DNA of 64,000 nucleotides from Candidatus Poribacteria bacterium (GTDB lineage Bacteria; Poribacteria; WGA-4E; PCPOR2b): NCBI GenBank assembly GCA_965207095.1, contig CBDBMC010000001.1, positions 74,357 to 138,356 of the forward strand, read 5' to 3'. Shown piece by piece: positions 56,943 to 64,000 of this stretch (position 1 is its first letter; each line of letters starts with the position of its first letter). The notes under the pieces were generated by a model. It saw only the letters and a program-made list of their open reading frames with translations, ran no database searches and was not told where the DNA came from. The position numbers and the translations under genes were made by a program.

Positions 56943-57008
56943 GCTCTCCCCCGATTTCGATTTTGACAATAGAACTTAAAGCAGCCACCAATCAAACGCA
57001 TATTAACC

Positions 57009-57078
57009 ATGTCGCCCCACCTGGGGCTTGGGGAATTGGGTTGCCGATGTTCCATACACCTATCGCCCCGCTGGGGCT
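57009..57078. repeat. REP doublet (variant GCCCCACCTGGGGC + canonical)
   Basis: 57009-57028 and 57062-57078. Confidence 0.8.
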
Positions 57079-57103
57079 TTGATATGTGGGATTCGACATT
57101 TCT

Positions 57104-57168
57104 CGCTCCGCTGGAGCGCAGGGATTGACCGTATCGCCCTTCTATAGACATATCACTCCTCCGGAGCG
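57104..57168. repeat. REP2-type doublet (CGCTCCGCTGGAGCG / CACTCCTCCGGAGCG) with CTATAGACATATC spacer end
   Basis: Same as 21943-22008. Confidence 0.75.
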
Positions 57169-57256
57169 AAAGGTCGAGTCCATCAGTTATGACAGTAAAC
57201 TTATGGATTTTCAACACGATTAACTTGGATTACGCCACACAATCTGCGTTATCTGT

Positions 57257-57526
57257 TTAGAGCCTGTTTTAAGAGTGAAACGGTCATCTTTAGAAAGTTG
57301 TTCACATGTCGCCCCGCTGGGGCTTAGGTTGTTTGTTTGTCCTGTATTCTATAAACATGTCGCCCCGCTGGGGCTTTGCGTCTGCTTTAAGAGTAGGTGA
57401 AACGGTTATCTTTTGCTATTTTAGGAGCACAATCAACCGATTTTGAGAGTATTTACCGGTAAAATGAGAATTTTCAGAGATTATCTGGATTTTTCAAACA
57501 GGTTCTTAATCCGTGATTCAGACAAT
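57257..57526. repeat. Composite REP-bearing element, family A; REP copies 57306-57324 and 57356-57375
   Basis: As other copies; 3-prime extension AATCCGTGATTCAGACA shared with 8566, 11660, 13825. Confidence 0.85.
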
Positions 57527-57667
57527 TGGCTTTTCCAATTATAGCATATCGTCCCCAAAAAACAAGCACCTAAATTTCTACCTTTCTGCTTGACTATCCA
57601 CCCGCCCACGACTATAATTCTCAACCAATTCAGGTGTAGGTCCTAAACCATAGCGAGGAAAGATGCG

Positions 57668-58417
57668 ATGAAAGAACAGTTGGAATTTTTCAAGGAAAAC
57701 GGTTACCTTGTCGTACCCGATGCCCTATCTACCGAAGAGGTTCGCTCCATCAACGCGGCAATTGATCGAGATCTCGTTGAGAATTCGGTGATGTGGATAG
57801 ACCGTAGACAGACGGGACGTACGCAGAATGCCCATGCCTTGCTCGCCTGTCCAGAGATGGACGTGACCATGCGTCCGCCGACGTTGCTGCCATTGATGAA
57901 CGCTATCATGGGAAAAGACATCTGCGCGGAGGAACACTCGGTAATGCTCCGTGCGCCGAACCCCGATGGCGATACCGAATGCCGCTGGCACCGTGATGCG
58001 AATCGTGAGAATAGGGCAGAGGCCGACCCTCCATATTACACGCGCTATCTATCGGTCGTTTTTTACCTGACAGATGTGGATGACACAACGCACACCTTCA
58101 GCGTGTTGCCCGGCACGGCGCAATCCACAGAACTGTTCCCACTTGAGGCTTACGATCTCAATACAGCGGAGCATCTCGTTGGTCGGGCGGGCACAGCGAT
58201 CCTCTTCAACGCGTCAACCTTCCACGCCGGCAATGTCCGACAGACCACAGCCGAACGCCGTACCATCCATATCTACTGTGGCCGCACCACAGACCGATAC
58301 CTCAGCAATCACACAATTTTTCCACGCCGTCTGTGGGAGGGCAAAGACGACGCCACACAGCACTACTACAGCCGTCCCAACCCCATTACCCAACTCTTGA
58401 TAAATCAATTTGAATAG
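57668..58417 (+). CDS. Phytanoyl-CoA dioxygenase (PhyH)-family Fe(II)/2OG oxygenase
   Basis: 249 aa; QLEFFKENGYLVVPDALS...WHRD... pattern. Confidence 0.75.
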   Translation: MKEQLEFFKENGYLVVPDALSTEEVRSINAAIDRDLVENSVMWIDRRQTGRTQNAHALLACPEMDVTMRPPTLLPLMNAIMGKDICAEEHSVMLRAPNPDGDTECRWHRDANRENRAEADPPYYTRYLSVVFYLTDVDDTTHTFSVLPGTAQSTELFPLEAYDLNTAEHLVGRAGTAILFNASTFHAGNVRQTTAERRTIHIYCGRTTDRYLSNHTIFPRRLWEGKDDATQHYYSRPNPITQLLINQFE

Positions 58418-58625
58418 ACTGAAACGAACACCTTGCATCCCGCCAAGACTTTAGTGCGAAAACGAGAAAACCGGAAAACGAGAAAACCAGAATCCCGTTC
58501 CCCCGTTTTCCGCTCTCCTTTACGCATTACGCATCACGTATTGTTCTTTTCGCTTTCTATTGCCCGACGATCCGATCTATGCTATCATGGGCGAGTTCAT
58601 AACCCATGACGAAAGGACGCCTTCT

Positions 58626-59885
58626 ATGAAAATTACCGAGATTGAACCAATCCTTCTGCGGGTTCCCTACGAAGAACGTATTCGCAAACAATTTTATCAT
58701 TTTGGACTGAACGAGCAGGTGACGGTCTATAAATTCCGTACGGATAACGGCTTAATCGGCCTCGCCGAAAACCCCGGTCCGCCCTTTGAGCAGGAACTCC
58801 TCGACGTCTACCTCGGCACGAACCCCTTCGATCACCTCATGGGCGAAGGACGGTTCAACCTCGACATGGCGTGCTACGACCTAATGGGCAAGCACCTGGG
58901 CTTGCCTGCGTGGAAACTGATGGGGCAGCAGGTGCGTCAATGGGTGTCGATGGGGTGGTGGATGCCCTCCATGTCGCCCGAAGATAGCGCTGCCGAAGTT
59001 CAAGTGGCGGCTGAACGCGGATATCGGGGCCTCAAATGCAAAGCCAGAGCGTTCTTTGACATTGTCGAACAATCACAGGCGATGCAGGAGGTCGCACCAC
59101 CGGACTTTCGTGTGGAATTTGATTTTAACGGCGCCTTGACCAACGTAGAAAAAGCCCTGCCCATCCTGCGCGAATTGGAGAAGATCCCGATAGTCAAAGG
59201 GGTGGAAGAACCCATCTTCGCGTATGACGTTGAGGGGTGGCGGCGGCTGCATCAGGAGATTCGCATTCCATTCTACCTACACGGTGTCGGTGTGATTCGG
59301 GAAGGTGCATCGCGTCAACCTTCAGGACCTTGGATCGGGCTTCGTGCGGGCGATTTCGATGGTGCGCTGTGCAGCCATGAAACGATCAAGAGTGCGTTGG
59401 CGTCCGGTTGGGCGTTTGCCGCTGCGAACACACCCATCCTGTTACAGTACGTCGGGACCGGAATAACCGCAGCATTCGCCTGTCATTTGGGAGCGGTAAT
59501 ACCGACAGCAACGCTACCGGGCGTAACTGCAAGCCACACTTACGAAGATGACCTGATTGTGGGTGGACATACGGTTCAACGGGGATTTATGAAAGTCCCG
59601 GAGGCACCGGGATTAGGGGTGGAATTGGATGAAGATGCGGTGCACCGTTATTCCGAGACGCCCGCGCCGGAGTGGCTTCGACACATCTCTGTCATCACGC
59701 TCCCCGGCGGCTTGAAACACTATTACCAAAGCCTACAACAAGCGGAACGACTGATGAAGCAGGGGGTGGATGAATCTTTCGCGCCCGGCGTCAGGTTGGA
59801 CGAATGGGAGGACGATGGAAGCGAGCAGTTCGATGGACTCTGGAAGCGGCTCCAAGAAACCGATTGGCCCATTTGGGAAGCGTAG
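58626..59885 (+). CDS. Enolase-superfamily protein (mandelate racemase / muconate lactonizing enzyme-like)
   Basis: 419 aa from MKITEIEPILLRVP; AAGGA SD; KxK and metal-ligand-containing barrel segments (GLKCKA, EFDFNG, EEP). Confidence 0.75.
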   Translation: MKITEIEPILLRVPYEERIRKQFYHFGLNEQVTVYKFRTDNGLIGLAENPGPPFEQELLDVYLGTNPFDHLMGEGRFNLDMACYDLMGKHLGLPAWKLMGQQVRQWVSMGWWMPSMSPEDSAAEVQVAAERGYRGLKCKARAFFDIVEQSQAMQEVAPPDFRVEFDFNGALTNVEKALPILRELEKIPIVKGVEEPIFAYDVEGWRRLHQEIRIPFYLHGVGVIREGASRQPSGPWIGLRAGDFDGALCSHETIKSALASGWAFAAANTPILLQYVGTGITAAFACHLGAVIPTATLPGVTASHTYEDDLIVGGHTVQRGFMKVPEAPGLGVELDEDAVHRYSETPAPEWLRHISVITLPGGLKHYYQSLQQAERLMKQGVDESFAPGVRLDEWEDDGSEQFDGLWKRLQETDWPIWEA

Positions 59886-59903
59886 AAACGAGGATTTACA
59901 ACG

Positions 59904-61328
59904 ATGAACGAAAGGCTGGGTCAGCTTCTTGTATGGACCCTTCTGATTTTCGGGGCAACTTTACGGATAACATACGCCGAGAGCTCTAACCCACAGGACG
60001 CTCCTAGGGAGGGGTTACCGGGTGTTGGGTCCATCGCGGATTTAGACCGATTAGCAGACCTCCATTTCGTCCTCATGAGCGACAACAAGGGCGACTCACC
60101 CGTCAGCAGCGTGGAATTTGCTCGAATGACTGCCTGGCTGAAGCAGGGGAACCCCGCCTTTGTCATCGGCTTAGGCGACCACGTCAAGTATCGTTTTGAA
60201 AATACCTTTATTTCTTGGCTACAATCCGATCCGTGGTGGCGTGAGCACTTCTATCCGAACGTTGCGGACGGCGAGAATGAATACTACAGCCCGACCCACA
60301 GACAATCGGATTACGGCGAGGGTGGTCCGATACTCGATCTTGTGGAGTTGGACGCCCATGCGCGTGTTATCCGACCAAACCGATCGGAATACTATGCCCA
60401 AATTTCCGCTGGCGATTACACCGTCCATCTGATTCAGATGCACTTCTCAGATCAGCCTATGGCCACAGCAGTTGCCTTCCCAGAAAGCAGTCGTGCGTGG
60501 ATGATGGAAACCGTAAAGGGCATTAAAAAAGGGGATAAGGACCTAATCGTAGTGGCAGCGCATTCACGGACGGGGGCGTGGGACATGGTACTGTCGCCAG
60601 AACGGCGCAAATTCCTGCTCGACAAGGCGGATCTGGTGCTCTCGGCTACGACTCACAGATTTGAGGCGTGGGTGTCGGAGGGATTTGAGGAGGGCGATGC
60701 CGTTTGTGTCAACACCGGCGCTGTGAACTACCCGGGTCCCATGGCATCCAACGGCTACGTCGAAATTCATCTCATCGAATCAGTGGGTGTTGTGGGACAG
60801 TACATAGACCTCACACAGACAGAGCGTCGTCTCCAACGAGGGCATTTTGCGTGGATCAAACCGAAAGCGGGACCGATGCGTTACGTGGACCTCCGACCAC
60901 CCGCGGCTGATGAAACTGATGAGCCAATCGTCAATCTCAGCGAACCGCTCGCAGCGATCCAGATAGAGGAAGCACTCTCAGAACTGATCAAAGCCAAAAC
61001 GGGGGTGAATTTCGCTTTGGTAGGTACACGGCAAGGTTTAGAAAAAGGGGCTGTGACACGGGAGGCAGCATGGCGGGTCTTCGGTAAGAACACCAACATT
61101 CGGATCGTGAACATCCCAATGGCAAAAGTTTTGCCGGTTCTTGGATTTCTGCGAAGAACCGAGAGCACCTCACAGAGTTCAGTGTTCCGCCTTGCAGCGC
61201 CGCATCCCACTATGACGGGCATTATCACTGTGGCAGGTATCACGCACGAAGCGATTGAACCTCAGGCGATAGGCGATAAGGGTTTACGGCAGGTTGACGT
61301 TCTCATTGAATGGCTCACCACGCGGTGA
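59904..61328 (+). CDS. Secreted putative calcineurin-like metallophosphoesterase (degenerate motifs) with C-terminal extension
   Basis: 474 aa; signal peptide; GLGDHV, DGENEYY, AAHSRTG, SATTHRFE resemble MPE motifs II-V. Confidence 0.45.
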   Translation: MNERLGQLLVWTLLIFGATLRITYAESSNPQDAPREGLPGVGSIADLDRLADLHFVLMSDNKGDSPVSSVEFARMTAWLKQGNPAFVIGLGDHVKYRFENTFISWLQSDPWWREHFYPNVADGENEYYSPTHRQSDYGEGGPILDLVELDAHARVIRPNRSEYYAQISAGDYTVHLIQMHFSDQPMATAVAFPESSRAWMMETVKGIKKGDKDLIVVAAHSRTGAWDMVLSPERRKFLLDKADLVLSATTHRFEAWVSEGFEEGDAVCVNTGAVNYPGPMASNGYVEIHLIESVGVVGQYIDLTQTERRLQRGHFAWIKPKAGPMRYVDLRPPAADETDEPIVNLSEPLAAIQIEEALSELIKAKTGVNFALVGTRQGLEKGAVTREAAWRVFGKNTNIRIVNIPMAKVLPVLGFLRRTESTSQSSVFRLAAPHPTMTGIITVAGITHEAIEPQAIGDKGLRQVDVLIEWLTTR

Positions 61329-62002
61329 ATCTCTCCGAAGGATCTCCGTGCTGAAAGGGATAAGCCTCACCTGAAGCAATCGTGCAGCAGATTTATATTC
61401 AATCAGGACTTACGCAAATGCAGCACGCAGCGCGAGATTTTTTTATTTTTAACCCCCTAAATCCCCAACCCCTCTGATAAGAGGGGAAAGACAAAGGAGA
61501 AGATAACCCCCTCTCCCCGATACATCTTGAGAGCAGGCAGGCGGGATGTACCACTTATCAGGGGGAAATCCTTGTCAGGGGAGTTGCAGGGGGACTTATG
61601 AACCAGCTGCATAAGTCCTAAATAATAGGAGTTACGCACTTCAGTTCGTAGTCGCGCCATGAATTGCGCGTCCGGACGGGCGATAAATCGCCCTACTACA
61701 AACCTAAGCCCTTACTGGAGTGGCACAATCAATGGAGCGTATCGGGGCAGGTCCCGATTTATCGGGATCCTCGCTTTCGCGGGAGATGCCCCTCCCACAT
61801 CTATCAAGGATAAATCACCGAACTACAAGGGGGTGAGCGTTCAACTGCGTAAGTCCTATCAATTATAAAAAAGACACTTGCGCCTCCGGACGTGGTGGGG
61901 TGAGCCGGCGCAGTTGGAAACAGCGCCTACCAAACAGGTGTTCATTAGTACATTGGTTCGTTAATGAACCAACTTGCATTTTGCACTGTCTTTCCAAATA
62001 AC

Positions 62003-62207
62003 CTAAGAGCTTGTTTTAAGAGTGAAACGGTTATCTTGAGAAAGGTGTTCACATGTGGCCCCGCCGGGGCTTAGGGTCTGTTTTAAGAGTAGGTGAAACG
62101 GTCATCTTTTGTAATTATAGGGGCAAAATCAACCGATTTTGAGAGTATTTACCGGTAAAATGATAACTTTCAGAGGTTAATTTGGATTTTTCAAACAGAT
62201 TCTAAGG
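62003..62207. repeat. Composite REP-bearing element, family A, with one REP deleted (single degenerate copy 62053-62072)
   Basis: Element terminus supplies the AAGGAGG SD of the next gene. Confidence 0.8.
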
Positions 62208-62218
62208 AGGATAGGACC

Positions 62219-62974
62219 GTGGCGTCCACACCAGAAGTCAGCACAGATAGTGTCATTATACTCTACAAGGGTGGTCGGTTGCCCACGTGGCATGATCTGA
62301 CCCCAACCGAGCGGGATGCATACCAGCAGGAACATGTCGATTTGATGCTCTCGGTCGCCCGCGAACATGGACTGATGCGCTTGGAGGGATTTAAACTGAT
62401 GACGCCACAACAATCGTGGGAACGTTTCTGGGTTATTGAGTTTCCCACACTGACGGGTGCAGAAGCGTGGATCGATGCGGAGATGGCACCACCTTACGGG
62501 CGCTACGGCTATTACGAATACTATACTGCGCGGCATTGGGGACGGGACCACTTTTCCCCGTGGGTAGTTGGTTCTCGCGAACCGGTTGTTCGGGACGCGC
62601 GGGATCCACATCATGTTCCCCCACTTGAGGTCGATAGGGGCAGTGTTGTTGCCCTACTTTTTGGACGTTGGAGACCAGAGGCAAGTGAGGCAACATCAGA
62701 AATGCGTGGCGACACTGAGCACATTGAGCTAATGCAGTCGGTCGCTCGCAGACACGGGCTGATGCGTTTAGAGGCGTTTAAGTTGATGGGTGCACAGGAT
62801 GCGTGGCATCGGGCATGGGTGATTGAGTTTCCGACTCTGGAAGGAGCGGAGGCGTGGATCGATACCGAAGTACTTCCGCCGCACGGTCGTTACTCTCAGA
62901 AGACCTTTTATCTGGCACGCAGATGGGCACCGGAATATTTCGCGGATTGGGTACAGTACGCGCAACATTCATAG
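62219..62974 (+). CDS. Hypothetical protein with internal tandem duplication of an about 95-aa domain (possibly dimeric alpha/beta-barrel-like)
   Basis: 251 aa, GTG start 8 nt after AAGGAGG; repeats HVDLMLSVAREHGLMRLEGFKLM..WVIEFPTL.GAEAWID / HIELMQSVARRHGLMRLEAFKLM..WVIEFPTLEGAEAWID. Confidence 0.5.
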   Translation: MASTPEVSTDSVIILYKGGRLPTWHDLTPTERDAYQQEHVDLMLSVAREHGLMRLEGFKLMTPQQSWERFWVIEFPTLTGAEAWIDAEMAPPYGRYGYYEYYTARHWGRDHFSPWVVGSREPVVRDARDPHHVPPLEVDRGSVVALLFGRWRPEASEATSEMRGDTEHIELMQSVARRHGLMRLEAFKLMGAQDAWHRAWVIEFPTLEGAEAWIDTEVLPPHGRYSQKTFYLARRWAPEYFADWVQYAQHS

Positions 62975-63020
62975 CGTGAAACGTGATGCGTAAAGCGTGA
63001 AAACAATCTGTTCATTGGCA

Positions 63021-63370
63021 CATTATAGTAGATCTTAGAATTACTAAGACACCCCAAACTGGTGCGGTTAAACGAAACTACCGTTCTACCATTTGGTAAG
63101 CGCTGTTTCTAATCCCGACAGGTTCCGATTTGTCGGAATGCTCCCCGATACATCGGGGCAGGCAGGAACGGCATCGGGATCCCGAGAATCGGGACAAGCC
63201 GGTTCAACTACGGTGGCTATCCGGTGCGGTTGGAAACCGCACCTACCGGGTTGGAGTGAATGCGGTTAGAAACCGAACCTACCGGTCCCGATAATTAGTT
63301 TACCCCGATTTATCGGCGGATCGAAACCGAGGGGCGAAAGTCTCTATTTATCTTTAGAATTCACCATAAT
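63021..63370. repeat. MITE of the GGTTGGAAACCGC family (two hairpin copies) with CCCGAT..ATCGGG sub-hairpins
   Basis: Seen directly. Confidence 0.7.
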
Positions 63371-63405
63371 GAGTCAATGAACTCAACAGCAAGGAGGAGC
63401 TTTAT

Positions 63406-64000
63406 ATGGATTTAACGGATAAGATTGCAATTGTGACGGGTGCGGGTCAGGGCATTGGTCGAGCAATTGCGTTGCGGTTGGCAGGTGCGGGCGCAACGGT
63501 CGTCGTTGCTGATATGAATCGCAAAGTCGGCGAAGAGGTTGCCCGAGAGATTGAGGCGTTGGAACGCAAATCGCTTGTTATCGAAGTAGATGTCTCAGAG
63601 TCAGATCAGGTGCAACAGATGGCGGAGCAGACGTTGGAGACCTTCAACCAAATTGATATCTTAGTGAACAACGCTGGAATTGCGGGGAAAACCGCGACGC
63701 TACCGGATTTAGATGAATCGGACTGGGATGCGGTTCTGAATGTGAATCTGAAGGGGGTATTTCTCTGCTGCAAAGCGGTGATTGACCATATGATCGAGAG
63801 GGAATATGGCAAGATTGTCAGTGTCGCTTCGATCGCGGGCAAGGAGGGGAATCCAACGCTCATCCCTTATTCGGCTTCCAAAGCAGGTGTCATCTGTTTG
63901 ACCAAAGCCTTAGCGAAGGAAGTTACCGAGTATAGCATCAACGTCAACTGCGTCTCACCCGCGGTGATCCGAACTCCGATTCTGGAACAGGTGTCGCAGT
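63406..64000 (+). CDS. SDR-family oxidoreductase (FabG-like), 3-prime partial at window end
   Basis: IAIVTGAGQGIGRAIALRLA...NNAGI...SVASIAGKEG..YSASKAG catalytic YxxxK; AAGGAGG SD. Confidence 0.85.
   Translation, partial: MDLTDKIAIVTGAGQGIGRAIALRLAGAGATVVVADMNRKVGEEVAREIEALERKSLVIEVDVSESDQVQQMAEQTLETFNQIDILVNNAGIAGKTATLPDLDESDWDAVLNVNLKGVFLCCKAVIDHMIEREYGKIVSVASIAGKEGNPTLIPYSASKAGVICLTKALAKEVTEYSINVNCVSPAVIRTPILEQVSQ

Noticed and set aside
56942-56969. Longer GIY-YIG gene start MSKSKSGES at 56969
   Set aside because: That start codon is TTG, whereas the ATG at 56942 has a GGGGGAG Shine-Dalgarno 4 nt upstream.

Overview
This 64-kb window appears to come from an uncultivated Gram-negative bacterium (about 50-55% GC). 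The phylum is unknown, but a T9SS C-terminal sorting domain, a sigma-54 activator, WD40/LRR-rich secreted proteins and cohesin/dockerin modules suggest an FCB-group-like or candidate-phylum organism. The window holds about 45 protein-coding genes and an unusually dense, nested population of small hairpin repeats and MITEs.

Main repeat and mobile-element features:
- REP-like hairpins GTCGCCCCGCTGGGGC arranged as doublets at 11 loci.
- A Y1/IS200-like RAYT gene that is frameshifted and cut by an IS982-family insertion.
- Several other MITE families (TIR-bounded, GGTTGGAAACCGC hairpin-bearing, and a 260-bp repeat with self-compensating palindromes).

Ordinary content:
- Two aldo-keto reductases and an adenylate kinase.
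- A UxuA-like TIM-barrel protein.
- A hydantoinase-B-only cluster (two HyuB paralogs, acetoacetate-decarboxylase-family gene, hydantoin/Asp-Glu racemase-family gene, SAM methyltransferase, FAD oxidoreductase).
- Succinyl-CoA-synthetase-like alpha/beta genes; the beta gene carries a frameshift.
- A TonB-dependent receptor.
- A sensor-less sigma-54 enhancer-binding protein and a CitE/HpcH-family lyase.
- Gfo/Idh/MocA, TauD and PhyH oxidoreductase-type genes, an enolase-superfamily protein and an SDR.
- Three T9SS-sorted cargo proteins, one a 1.9k-aa LRR-metzincin-WD40-Big mosaic.

The most interesting candidate is a minus-strand operon at about 37.9-45.4 kb. It encodes two tandem paralogous precursors (152 and 154 aa; about 99-aa Cys-rich core after the predicted cut) with 12 Cys each. 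Each precursor carries both a Sec-type signal peptide and a textbook double-glycine leader motif (LDMEEMSQIAGG). The operon also encodes a large membrane-anchored protein with a peptidase-C39 (GG-leader protease) domain but no ABC transporter, a thioredoxin-DsbD fusion, an FGE-sulfatase-family protein and a coiled-coil membrane protein. A strong sigma-70-like promoter sits immediately upstream of the first peptide gene and conserved stem-loops follow each peptide gene. This looks like an undescribed extracytoplasmic maturation pathway for disulfide-rich secreted peptides.

Other notable items are a GIY-YIG nuclease plus acidic-partner islet, a degraded HigA/HigB-like TA locus duplicated around an AT-rich tandem-repeat protein gene, and an enhancer-binding protein with a GAYTDA variant of the GAFTGA loop. 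No rRNA, tRNA or CRISPR array could be supported.
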